Shown: piece after piece, positions 1 to 8,795 of the stretch
Numbering within the stretch: position 1 is the first letter of the stretch
Layout of the letters: the number at the start of each line of letters is the position of its first letter
Source of the DNA: a virus
IMG/VR virus record: IMGVR_UViG_3300020112_000969
Coordinates: 7,438 to 71,437 of that record
Strand: one strand, 5' to 3'
DNA: 64,000 bases
Program-made: the position numbers and the translations under genes
Notes under the pieces: generated by a model
Seen by the model: only the letters and a program-made list of their open reading frames with translations
Databases searched by the model: none
What the model was told of the DNA's origin: nothing

Positions 1-1326
1 ACTGTTCGCAACATTTGTGCTGACAGCGGACGCTTTTGCGATTTCGCCTTGCCACTTTCGAATGGTTTGATTTGCAGACTCTGCTGCTTTATTCTTATCT
101 ATTTCGGAGTCAACAGGTGTTTCTGTTTTCTTCATTGCAGCAGCTTCTTGCTCAAGCGCGTCCGTCAGCTCTTTGGAAGCTTCCTTTTTCTTTCTTTCAG
201 ACTTTGCCGCTTTTTCGACCTTGCCACTGTGTTTGTCGTATTCTTCTCCAAGCTTCTTTGCAGCGGCCTCTTCTTCATTCAGAGAGTCCGTTGTTTCCTT
301 AGTTGACTTCTTTTTACGCGTCTTTTTTGTCGCCGCATCCTCTTTTGCAGAAAACTGCTCAGATACCTTCTGCAGCTCATCATAGTACGCACGGTATTCC
401 TCAAGCTGTCTGGAAAGATCACTTGAAAGACGAGCATACTGTTCTCCGCTGAACAGCCCATCATTCTCAGAAAGTCTTGATGTAAGAGACTCCTTTTCTG
501 CGATGGCGTCCTTGAGCTGCGCCATATACTCCTGCAGCTTGTCCGCTCCGTCAAACACAGACGCCTTGGCTTCATTCTGTGTCTGATCGCCCCATGACGA
601 GAATGCAATCTCGTTGATAAGCGCGTCTCTTTCTTCCAGAGCACCGGTCGTCTCGATATTAAGACGATGCATCATTCGAAGATTTTCTTCCCAATTATAG
701 ATGTAATAATCAAGACCGTCCACGTCGCTCATTACAACATTGTTTGAGAAGTACTCTCCGTCATTCGGAGATATCGTGTTCAGCTCGGAAAGAGCACTCT
801 TCAGATTGCGCACCATATCAATGCGCTCTGACAGCTCGCTCGTTGTCATATTTGAACCGAACAGATTGCCATCAAACTCAACGCCGTCCATCCTGCTGAT
901 CTCTCCGAGGATTGCGCTGATGCTGCTCTTGATATTCTCCGCTCTTTCTCCAAGGTCTGCAGCGACCATACTCATGTTAGAGCTGATATTCTGCGCGATC
1001 TCGTCAAATCCACGAGCGACCACACGGTCGCTTCCGTCTGAGAACACAGCGACAGTGTTGTCGATCATGCTCTTAAACTCGTAGATCGAATCCTTGATAC
1101 CTGACTTATCAAAGATACCTGCCATGCCAGGAGCCTCGCGATTGACCCTGTCGATCTCATATTCAACGGATTGAATCGCCTTGACGACATCGACAAGCTG
1201 ATTGGTATCTACGCGAGCTCCGATATCTATTGTATATCCTCCGTGGTCGCTTTGAAATCTATCCAGTATCGCATTTGCGTTATTTAGTGTAGTTTGGTCA
1301 ACCTTCGTGCTGACATTTACTACCAT
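1..1326 (-). CDS. tape measure protein candidate, N-terminal 442 aa (3' end of gene lies outside window)
   Basis: Open minus-strand frame from ATG at 1326 to window edge with no stop (hence absent from ORF track). Lys/Glu-rich coiled-coil-like sequence. Lies after a putative major tail protein and two small acidic ORFs, as tape measure genes do in siphoviruses. Confidence 0.5.
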   Translation of the reverse strand, partial: MVVNVSTKVDQTTLNNANAILDRFQSDHGGYTIDIGARVDTNQLVDVVKAIQSVEYEIDRVNREAPGMAGIFDKSGIKDSIYEFKSMIDNTVAVFSDGSDRVVARGFDEIAQNISSNMSMVAADLGERAENIKSSISAILGEISRMDGVEFDGNLFGSNMTTSELSERIDMVRNLKSALSELNTISPNDGEYFSNNVVMSDVDGLDYYIYNWEENLRMMHRLNIETTGALEERDALINEIAFSSWGDQTQNEAKASVFDGADKLQEYMAQLKDAIAEKESLTSRLSENDGLFSGEQYARLSSDLSRQLEEYRAYYDELQKVSEQFSAKEDAATKKTRKKKSTKETTDSLNEEEAAAKKLGEEYDKHSGKVEKAAKSERKKKEASKELTDALEQEAAAMKKTETPVDSEIDKNKAAESANQTIRKWQGEIAKASAVSTNVANS

Positions 1327-1363
1327 TTCTCTTTTTAGCTTCTGATTCAACCTCGTTCACCTC

Positions 1364-1867
1364 CTAATCGATCAAAGCAATCTCTTCATTGATAATGTCT
1401 TCAATCTCATTATCAAAGTAGTCATCCAGCATGTCAGACATTTCATCCTCCACACTTCCGGAGTTCACGCCTGTGTTCGGATGTTCGCCTTCCATAAAAT
1501 TTTCGAAGATCAGACTTTCTTTCGCGCGTCCTCTTCCTGACTTTTTATGACGCATCTTTTTTGCTCCATAATTCGGCGCATCTGTATCAATTCCGAACGG
1601 TACTGAAAAGCTGTCTCCGTTTTCTACCACCTCTGAATATCCACCAACAGAATTGTAAAGCTGATGTGTGCGCTCATAGCTCTTCGGCGTGTACCCTCTG
1701 TAATAGTTGTCTGTTGCTTCTTTTGCGATCTTTTCCATATCGGAATGGATACGGCTGTTCGCGCGCACGACTGCGGACTTCACCTTTTCGCGGTATTCCT
1801 GCACAACATCATCCAGATCCGACGCGGAGATAAAATCCGCCATAAGTTTCACCCCTCTATAAAACAA
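1364..1867 (-). CDS. hypothetical acidic protein (tail assembly chaperone candidate by position)
   Basis: ORF track. 167 aa with an acidic C-terminus, directly upstream of the tape-measure-like ORF. Confidence 0.35.
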   Translation of the reverse strand: MFYRGVKLMADFISASDLDDVVQEYREKVKSAVVRANSRIHSDMEKIAKEATDNYYRGYTPKSYERTHQLYNSVGGYSEVVENGDSFSVPFGIDTDAPNYGAKKMRHKKSGRGRAKESLIFENFMEGEHPNTGVNSGSVEDEMSDMLDDYFDNEIEDIINEEIALID

Positions 1868-1894
1868 AGCTCTACCGAAAGGTAGAGCTTATTG

Positions 1895-2119
1895 TTATTT
1901 CTTTTCTTTTTCTAAGATGTAGTCGACGATCTTTTTCTCGTCAATTCCTCCTGTCACTGCCTTCATTATTCCTTCAACGTCTGCATCCTCCATGTCTGAA
2001 AGAAGTGAAGAAAGCATCGTTTCAATCTTTTCGGCAATGCCAAGAATGTCATCCATCTGTTTTTCAACAAGCTCAATCTTAGGCTTTGACTTCGTTCTTG
2101 TTGTCTTTTTCTTTTCCAT
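1895..2119 (-). CDS. hypothetical small acidic protein (tail chaperone candidate by position)
   Basis: ORF track; 74 aa. Confidence 0.3.
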   Translation of the reverse strand: MEKKKTTRTKSKPKIELVEKQMDDILGIAEKIETMLSSLLSDMEDADVEGIMKAVTGGIDEKKIVDYILEKEKK

Positions 2120-2128
2120 ATTTTCCTC

Positions 2129-2566
2129 TCATTCCTTTACGCATACTGTGATCTCAGTCCTTGGATTTTTTATATCCACAAAGCATTCAAGTGTTAGTCT
2201 CGTCAAGTGTACACTGTCATCGTCAACGATAAATCCGCTTTCCACGAGACCGTCAAGGATCGCCTTTGGGCACGAATTATCTACGTCGTGCCTTCTGTTA
2301 TTTGGATAATAAACAGCAAATCTCAGTTCGCATTTTTCAATGCGCAGGTTAGTATAACCTTGCTGATCGATATACCAAACGATAAAGTCCTTCCACTTCT
2401 GCTTCCACGCATTCATCTCCGGGCGGTGCATGATCATCCACACATTGATCGACTCGTGATACGGGTATGGAATAGGCTTCTTGTGCGCTCTCGGGTGCTT
2501 TTCAAAGTAGAACTTCTCATAATCACTCAGCGTTTCATTGTTAATGGTAAGCTTGATCTTTTTCAT
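2129..2566 (-). CDS. rusA: RusA-like Holliday junction resolvase
   Basis: Motif NRRHDVDNSCPKAILDGLVESGFIVDDDSVH resembles the RusA catalytic Asp cluster (RRRDLDN...KA..DAL...GF..DD.QV). Start chosen at internal ATG 2566, preceded by RBS AGAGGGAGAG. Confidence 0.5.
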   Translation of the reverse strand: MKKIKLTINNETLSDYEKFYFEKHPRAHKKPIPYPYHESINVWMIMHRPEMNAWKQKWKDFIVWYIDQQGYTNLRIEKCELRFAVYYPNNRRHDVDNSCPKAILDGLVESGFIVDDDSVHLTRLTLECFVDIKNPRTEITVCVKE

Positions 2567-2629
2567 TCTCTCCCTCTTATGGAAAAAGGAGACGGTCTCC
2601 CGTCTCCTTTTTATCAATGTCTGTGCGCC

Positions 2630-2947
2630 TTATTCTTTTTCCTGCTCTTCGTCCTCGATTCCGAGTACGTCGATTTCTGCGGAGTATACGGCGCAAAAGG
2701 GAGATGCGGCTTCCGCTGCATCCTCCTTTGCCACCTCTTCCTCGTTTACCTCGGAAGGCTCCTCATAAGGCATTTCAAGCCTTTCTACAATGCCGCGCGC
2801 GGCATTCACCTTGGCAAGATATTCGCTGCCGCACTCCGGAGAGCAGGCAACCTCCTGCCAGCGAAATACGCCCGGCATCTGTTTCGCGCTCAGGCATACA
2901 TCATACGGTTTGCCGCATACGCGGCAATTCATTGTTACGCCCGCCAT
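2630..2947 (-). CDS. small Cys-rich acidic protein (zinc-ribbon-like CxxC...C..C)
   Basis: ORF track; 105 aa; CRVCG and CSPECG Cys pairs; acidic tail. Confidence 0.35.
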   Translation of the reverse strand: MAGVTMNCRVCGKPYDVCLSAKQMPGVFRWQEVACSPECGSEYLAKVNAARGIVERLEMPYEEPSEVNEEEVAKEDAAEAASPFCAVYSAEIDVLGIEDEEQEKE

Positions 2948-2967
2948 TGCTTTCCTCCGTTGGTATC

Positions 2968-3771
2968 TTATTCTACGTCTTCTGCGTTAGCGCCGAAGAC
3001 AGTATAAGTCCACAGAGCACCGCCGAGACCGCAGGCGCCGGCAAGAGCTTCTGCGGAGAAGGCATGGACAGTCTGGTCTCCGCCCATATCGAATGTGAAC
3101 TCGCCGCTGAAGTCAGCCTTGGGGATATAAATCTGAACGCGATAGACGTTAGAGCACTTGTCCTCGGCGAGAGCGTCGATGTACAGGGTAGCCTTCTTGG
3201 AGTAGCTGTCGCTGTTGTTGGCGAGGACGTCTCCGGAGATCTTGCGATCATAGTGGACGACGATCTCAGTGCCGTCTTCATAGGCGCCTGCAAGGAAGGT
3301 GAGCTTCTTTGTGGTGGGAGCATAAGCAAACTTGCCTGCAGCGGCAGTAGCGTCCTGAGTCAGGACTTCTTTGATGGTGCCGTCAGGGTTCTTCACGTAG
3401 ACGCGCTTGATCTCATTGCCGGTGGTTCCGATTGCCTTGAAGCAGATGGTGGCGGAGTCGCCGGAGATCTCCAGATACTCGCTCCACTTCACTTCGGTGT
3501 TCTTGTTCTCAAATGCGCCGCCGACCTGCAGACCCATCAGTCCGCCGGAGATAAGGCCATTGTTGCCGCTGATGGTGACAGACTTGTTCTTCTTGAGAGA
3601 GTTCAATTTGCGACCCTGCTTACCGGTGATGTCGCTCTTCTCCTGTGCCTGTGCGATGGAAGCGCTCTGCAGCTCGTCGAGAGTGAACAGATAGCCTCCG
3701 GTCAGAACGTCAAAGGCGTTGATCGTCTCAAGGCTTGTAATAGCCAGATCGTTGATATTCATCTTGGACAT
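2968..3771 (-). CDS. major tail (tube) protein candidate
   Basis: ORF track; 267 aa. Position between head-tail ORFs and the chaperone/tape-measure ORFs; Gly/Thr-rich beta-type sequence. No sheath gene is present, consistent with a siphovirus tail. Confidence 0.45.
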   Translation of the reverse strand: MSKMNINDLAITSLETINAFDVLTGGYLFTLDELQSASIAQAQEKSDITGKQGRKLNSLKKNKSVTISGNNGLISGGLMGLQVGGAFENKNTEVKWSEYLEISGDSATICFKAIGTTGNEIKRVYVKNPDGTIKEVLTQDATAAAGKFAYAPTTKKLTFLAGAYEDGTEIVVHYDRKISGDVLANNSDSYSKKATLYIDALAEDKCSNVYRVQIYIPKADFSGEFTFDMGGDQTVHAFSAEALAGACGLGGALWTYTVFGANAEDVE

Positions 3772-3791
3772 TTTGGATTTCCTCCTGTTTT

Positions 3792-4517
3792 TTATTTATG
3801 TGTCAGCCAATTCAAGTCGTCCTGACTCAAATCTTTTGCGCTGACTGTTCCGGCGTAAATGCCGTGCATTCGGTTGTCAAACTCAACCTTTTTGATAATT
3901 TGGTGAACACTTTCATTGAACTGATAAATTGTCAGATCAAGCGCTGAAGTATAGTTATACTTAAACTGTTCTGTATTCACAATTGCTACGATAAGTGACT
4001 CGAGCTGGGATTCTTCTGCTCGGTTCTTTTTCCTCTGCATCTTCTTTCGCGCCCGCTCGATCATATATTCCTTCGCTTCCGCGTTTCCGGGTTTGCGATC
4101 ATCTTTTTTCAAGTGGTTTGTAAGCCTAAGCGCGTCTGCGATCATGCGGTGTATTTCACTGTCGATCACCGTGCCGTCTTTTTGGCTTCTTAGAACCACA
4201 TCCCCTGTATTCGGATTGACCACTGTGCGGAAGTCATTAAGATTTAAGCTCCCGAAAATGAGACTTGTGTCAGACTCCTTAATCACATCAAACAGCAGCA
4301 GAAACAATGCAAAGTCATCGATTTCCGTAAAGTCTACTCCGATGTCATCAAGTTGTACCATCATGTCGATCGGAGACGCAGTCAGCATCGCGACAAGATT
4401 AAAATACTTGTCTTCTCCGCATCCGTCATCACCGACGATATCTCCAACCGTCGGTACGATAACAGATATGTTATCGTTTATCTTGATTGATCTGCGGTAG
4501 AGAGCGGTGCGTGTCAC
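3792..4517 (-). CDS. hypothetical head-tail joining / tail completion protein
   Basis: ORF track; 241 aa. Assigned by position between the capsid and tail genes. Confidence 0.3.
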   Translation of the reverse strand: MTRTALYRRSIKINDNISVIVPTVGDIVGDDGCGEDKYFNLVAMLTASPIDMMVQLDDIGVDFTEIDDFALFLLLFDVIKESDTSLIFGSLNLNDFRTVVNPNTGDVVLRSQKDGTVIDSEIHRMIADALRLTNHLKKDDRKPGNAEAKEYMIERARKKMQRKKNRAEESQLESLIVAIVNTEQFKYNYTSALDLTIYQFNESVHQIIKKVEFDNRMHGIYAGTVSAKDLSQDDLNWLTHK

Positions 4518-5026
4518 TCCTCATCCCTCTTTCTGTTGCTCGGGATTTTGTGCCCGTTCGGCTTTGGCTTATTGAAGTCGTTCATGCGGAAGGTGAGCAC
4601 CTTCCCTTTGTAATCCTGCATCGGAGAGAAACGATGCATGGAAGACAAATCAAGCTCTCCAAGACCGTAATACCTACTTCCGTTGAGAAGCTTTACAATC
4701 TCGTGCGCAAGCTTATCTACTCTCACGCCGCCCTCCGGCAATCGCATCTTCGACTTATGCGTAAAGATCCAGACATACATCACAGGGGACAGGTATGTCT
4801 TGTCGTATACGCGGTCAAGGTCTACGTCAAAGCAAATAAAGGTTTGTGCATGTTCTACCGTGTCCGGCATATACTCATACGGGAAAACCTGATAGTACGC
4901 AAGCTTACCTGCTTCAGATATTGAAAGATCTTCATCAAGCAATGCTACAACATCATCGCTCGTCAAAAGATCCATCATCATTCTGTTTTTGTAATCAAAC
5001 AGCTCTTCCAGTTGCATTACAGCCAC
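4514..5026 (-). CDS. hypothetical head-tail connector region protein
   Basis: ORF track; start/stop overlaps with neighbouring ORFs suggest translational coupling. Confidence 0.3.
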   Translation of the reverse strand: MAVMQLEELFDYKNRMMMDLLTSDDVVALLDEDLSISEAGKLAYYQVFPYEYMPDTVEHAQTFICFDVDLDRVYDKTYLSPVMYVWIFTHKSKMRLPEGGVRVDKLAHEIVKLLNGSRYYGLGELDLSSMHRFSPMQDYKGKVLTFRMNDFNKPKPNGHKIPSNRKRDEE

Positions 5027-5829
5027 ACCATCTTTCCGGAGCCCGTCGTATTCTCATTTGGAGATATGGCAGGACTCTTCGGCGGTTTCGTTTCCTTCCT
5101 GTCAACCACAACTGATTGCGGGAAGTGTTTATAATAATCGGCAATGCGCATCTCTTGGTTATCTTCGTCCGTCGTGTTCGTTTCGTGCAGGATAAACTTA
5201 TATACACCTTCGTCGTTGTAAACAAACCCGACCTTCAGCGGCTTAGTCAGCTCATAAGCGAGCACGTGCTTTCCGCCATCGTCGTCGATCAGAAAACGCA
5301 TCGTGCGGTCAAAACGCTTCGTATGCTCGTTTCTGCCGATGATGATATAAATTCGCGTGTCGCCTCTTGTTGCGATCGACTCTTTTCCTTCTCCCTCGCC
5401 GATGAGGTATTTTGTACCGTCCTCGATCACGCACCACTGCGACCGGATCACATCGTCATCGTCGACCCAGCGGAGCTCATAATTGCAGCGAAGCATTGTC
5501 GCTTTTGTGTAAAGCTCGTCATCTGCGTCTTTCTCCGTAATGAGCCATTTGTTGTTTTTCCAATCAACTATAGCACCGCACTTGATATCCTCTCCGGGCA
5601 GCGAGCATATCTTTTTCTGATCCGTCAAATCAGAGCTAATGACGGTCACTTCTCTCTGCTCGCCTTCTATCATAACCTTTTGAAACGCGATTGATGATCT
5701 TGCTTCTTCCGCAATCCTTCTTTTCTCGCGAATCAGCGATGCCTCACGCTGCGTCTTACCAACAGAAGCAATGCGCTCTGCATAGTCGTCAAATGTTCCC
5801 ATGCGCATCACCGCCCTTGCCGTCGTCAT
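5017..5829 (-). CDS. hypothetical structural protein
   Basis: ORF track; 270 aa. Confidence 0.3.
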   Translation of the reverse strand: MTTARAVMRMGTFDDYAERIASVGKTQREASLIREKRRIAEEARSSIAFQKVMIEGEQREVTVISSDLTDQKKICSLPGEDIKCGAIVDWKNNKWLITEKDADDELYTKATMLRCNYELRWVDDDDVIRSQWCVIEDGTKYLIGEGEGKESIATRGDTRIYIIIGRNEHTKRFDRTMRFLIDDDGGKHVLAYELTKPLKVGFVYNDEGVYKFILHETNTTDEDNQEMRIADYYKHFPQSVVVDRKETKPPKSPAISPNENTTGSGKMVWL

Positions 5830-6151
5830 AGCGTGCTACCATCTTGTTGCAAACGGAAATGCAGTGGAACACCTCCCGGCGTACCTTTTTCTTTTCGCAT
5901 TCCGGATTGTCAATAAAAAACTGCAAGATGGACACAAGCTCCATACACTCCGGATAAACACTTTTTTCTTTCAGCAGCGCAGCGCAACCCATAATTTCGG
6001 ATTGCAAACTTTCCATATATTGAGGGAGTGTCTGATCTCCCTCTTCCCAAAGCGGGAGGATTTTGAAAAATCTGCTGACACAGGAGCGAAAATACTCGCT
6101 CAAAAAACGGGCAGATTCTTCCTTGCCCGAAACCGTATCAATCTTTATCAT
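5789..6151 (-). CDS. hypothetical head-tail connector region protein
   Basis: ORF track; 120 aa. Confidence 0.3.
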   Translation of the reverse strand: MIKIDTVSGKEESARFLSEYFRSCVSRFFKILPLWEEGDQTLPQYMESLQSEIMGCAALLKEKSVYPECMELVSILQFFIDNPECEKKKVRREVFHCISVCNKMVARYDDGKGGDAHGNI

Positions 6152-6615
6152 AGGTGCAGCTCCGATAAATCTCCGTGCCGATAAGAGTACTCACGCTTTC
6201 TCTGTGTGTAGTCAGCACCGGCTTTTGTGTAAACATTGTGTATGGCATTCAAAAGGCCGGACGGAGAATATGCGCTGTAATCTCTTGTGCTCAGCAGGTT
6301 TTCCATATTTTCCTGCTTGAACACATAGGGGCGAAGCCAGTGCAGTACCATTCCGTCCGTAACAATATCTGTGATCTCATAGAGATCCTTCTGATCAATG
6401 TCCGCGTCAAGCTCTCTCAGAACATCATCGAAATTTGTCAGGTCATACGCGCACACCTCGTCAAAATCAACCAGTACGCGCTTCATGTATCCGTCAATCA
6501 TTCCTCTTGCCGTATCTGCATTGATCGCAAGAAACTTGTATTCCGAGATCTTTTCGAGGAACGCCTTCGCGAACACATCATACGAAACACTCATAGCGCA
6601 CCTCTCAATGCTCAA
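6148..6615 (-). CDS. hypothetical head-tail connector region protein
   Basis: ORF track; 155 aa. Confidence 0.3.
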   Translation of the reverse strand: MSIERCAMSVSYDVFAKAFLEKISEYKFLAINADTARGMIDGYMKRVLVDFDEVCAYDLTNFDDVLRELDADIDQKDLYEITDIVTDGMVLHWLRPYVFKQENMENLLSTRDYSAYSPSGLLNAIHNVYTKAGADYTQRKREYSYRHGDLSELHL

Positions 6616-7135
6616 TCAGTTCCACATTCAGATACTTTTCCAAAAGAGCAATCTTCTTGTTCGAATCAATCTCTCCGCTTGCGATCATCTGCTTTGCGCG
6701 GTAGACAACTGACTTTTTCTGTCCGTCTGAAAGCGTTGCAAGTCTCTTTGCAAGCTCTCCGTCAGAAAGAGAGAACACCTCATCAAACTGATCGACAGTC
6801 AGTGCAAAGCGATAGTACTGAGCAACGCCGAGGTAATCGATAAGCTCAGGGTCGTCAAACATAAACCAGTTGTTGATGAAGAAATCCTTCGCGGAGGATC
6901 TCGCGCTTCTCAGCTCACCGACCTCCATATCCTGTTCATCTCCGAACTCGTCCCATACAAACAGCTCTCCGGTTTTGCTGCTCTTATAAACAAGCTTCCC
7001 CTGAAAACCGTTTCTCACGGTAACGATCTGGTTGATGTCAAAAGCCTTCGGAACAAGCTTTACTGCTTCTTCTTTTACCTCCTCTGTCTTTACAGTGGAG
7101 GGCTTTGTATACTGTGTAGTTCTTTTTGTTGCCAT
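6605..7135 (-). CDS. hypothetical protein downstream of capsid gene
   Basis: ORF track; 176 aa. Confidence 0.3.
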   Translation of the reverse strand: MATKRTTQYTKPSTVKTEEVKEEAVKLVPKAFDINQIVTVRNGFQGKLVYKSSKTGELFVWDEFGDEQDMEVGELRSARSSAKDFFINNWFMFDDPELIDYLGVAQYYRFALTVDQFDEVFSLSDGELAKRLATLSDGQKKSVVYRAKQMIASGEIDSNKKIALLEKYLNVELIEH

Positions 7136-7195
7136 GTTATTCTCCTTTTAATCGTCGGAGGCTCCCATTGCGGGAGCCTCCTAATCTGTTTTGTC

Positions 7196-8212
7196 TTAGT
7201 TTGTGGTGTCGTAACGACCGATACCGGAGTTGCCGCCGGCAAGGACGATACCAGTACCGTACTTGCAGCCGTACAGATATTCCTGAGTGAGGTCGGCGTT
7301 GTCAACGGGATTACCCATGATGACCAGGGGATCGCCCTCGTAGACGAACTTCAGTGGCTTGTCATCGCCTGCGATGATGGTAAGGGACTTGTCGTTCATA
7401 ACGAAGTCCTTGGTACCCCACTTATGGCGCTGCGGAGTGACAACAACAGGAGTGCCATAGAACTTGCCATAGTAACCCATGTTGTAGATGTCGCTGCGGG
7501 AATCGGTGCCCTGGATGGAGGGAGCAAGCTTGCGGACTGCCTTCTTGGTGCCGACGATAGTGGCGGTCTTTCCGCCAGCGGCAGCCTCGACATGGGCAAT
7601 CAGGTCAAGCAGAGTGTCCTCGTTATAAACACCGGCAACAGGGAAGTATTCCACGCCGCCGAGCTGTTCTGCGGTAGCGGAGCTCCACAGGGTATAGATG
7701 TCGTTGAGAGTCTTCTGACGGAAGGACTCAGCGACCTTGTTGATGAAATAGTTGAAGTCAACGCGTCCTGCGAGAACGCGGTTGAGCTCTTCATAGATGC
7801 GAACGTACTTCATGGAAGTGGGGATCGCAACTTCAGACTCACCGCCGAGACGCTGGCGACGAATGCCCTGAGTGCCGTCAGCAGCATCAGCAACGACAAA
7901 CAGGTTGCTGTCCTTCACGACGAACAGGTTCTGATCGCCCTCGGCGACATTGCGGAAGTCAACCAGAGCGTTGAACATTTCATCGCCCTGCAGACCTTCG
8001 ATCACGGTGCGGTCAAGAATGGTCTCAATCAGAGCAAAGAGACCGGTGCACTTGCCATCGCGGATGGCCTTGTAGTTCAGCTTATCGCTGCCGCCGTTTG
8101 CCTCGATCAGAGCCTTGCGAAGCAGTTCCTGAGACTGACCAACAGAGTACTTTTCAACATTGCCATGATAAGCATCAACGGCAATCTTCACGATATCATT
8201 CATTTCAGCCAT
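7196..8212 (-). CDS. major capsid protein candidate
   Basis: ORF track; 338 aa; strong RBS AGGAGG. Position after a portal and a scaffold/protease-like ORF; size typical of HK97-fold capsid proteins. Confidence 0.55.
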   Translation of the reverse strand: MAEMNDIVKIAVDAYHGNVEKYSVGQSQELLRKALIEANGGSDKLNYKAIRDGKCTGLFALIETILDRTVIEGLQGDEMFNALVDFRNVAEGDQNLFVVKDSNLFVVADAADGTQGIRRQRLGGESEVAIPTSMKYVRIYEELNRVLAGRVDFNYFINKVAESFRQKTLNDIYTLWSSATAEQLGGVEYFPVAGVYNEDTLLDLIAHVEAAAGGKTATIVGTKKAVRKLAPSIQGTDSRSDIYNMGYYGKFYGTPVVVTPQRHKWGTKDFVMNDKSLTIIAGDDKPLKFVYEGDPLVIMGNPVDNADLTQEYLYGCKYGTGIVLAGGNSGIGRYDTTN

Positions 8213-8233
8213 TTTCTTTTTCCTCCTTCTTGA

Positions 8234-8722
8234 TTAGTCCACGAAGATGACGTAGTAGGTGTAGCGGCCTGCGGGCTCGATAGCGATGCAGGAGCCGAGG
8301 GGCTTTGTGGAAGCAGCATCAAGCTTGCCGCCAGTGCCGATACCGACAGAGCCGCCAACGGCGGGAACGGTGCCGACAAAGCCCTTTGCGGTAACAGCGA
8401 AACGGTTAGCGCTGCGAGGAATATAGCAGCGGCAGTTCTTGCCAGCTTCGTTGACGAACTCGTCGAGATTCTTCTTGCGTTCGTCGTACATCACTTCGGG
8501 AGTAGCGACAACTGCGCAGTGAGCCTTGTTGCTGTTTGCGGTGGCGAGCTTGGCCTTCATGACCTCGCGCTCGCCGGAGACCATGCCGACGATTTCAACG
8601 ATGGTTCCGTTTTCAACAGCAATGGGTTTGTCCTGTGCATCAAAGACGCGGCAGGTAACGACAGCGGATCTGTCGTCAGTACCGGACATAGCGTCCGTGC
8701 GGATAACGGTATACATATCCAT
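8234..8722 (-). CDS. hypothetical head protein (decoration/accessory candidate)
   Basis: ORF track; 162 aa; between the scaffold-like ORF and the capsid gene. Confidence 0.3.
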   Translation of the reverse strand: MDMYTVIRTDAMSGTDDRSAVVTCRVFDAQDKPIAVENGTIVEIVGMVSGEREVMKAKLATANSNKAHCAVVATPEVMYDERKKNLDEFVNEAGKNCRCYIPRSANRFAVTAKGFVGTVPAVGGSVGIGTGGKLDAASTKPLGSCIAIEPAGRYTYYVIFVD

Positions 8723-8795
8723 AATGATTTCCTCCTAATTTGTTTTTGGGCAGTAAAAATCCCGCAGAGAACTCTGCGGGTTCTGCCATGGTGAT

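Noticed and set aside
279-1084. Short track ORFs 279..644 (-) and 740..1084 (+) at the window start
   Set aside because: Both fall inside, and out of frame with, the long uninterrupted minus-strand frame 1..1326 that runs off the window edge.
2617-3825. 402-aa plus-strand ORF overlapping the major tail protein gene; also 9522..10448 (+), 11144..11974 (+), 22075..23013 (+), 26931..27629 (-), 35897..36628 (-), 38574..39788 (-) and 58528..59493 (-)
   Set aside because: These are antisense shadow ORFs of convincingly coding genes on the opposite strand. They have no RBS and are rich in Arg/Leu/Ser as expected for reverse-frame artefacts.
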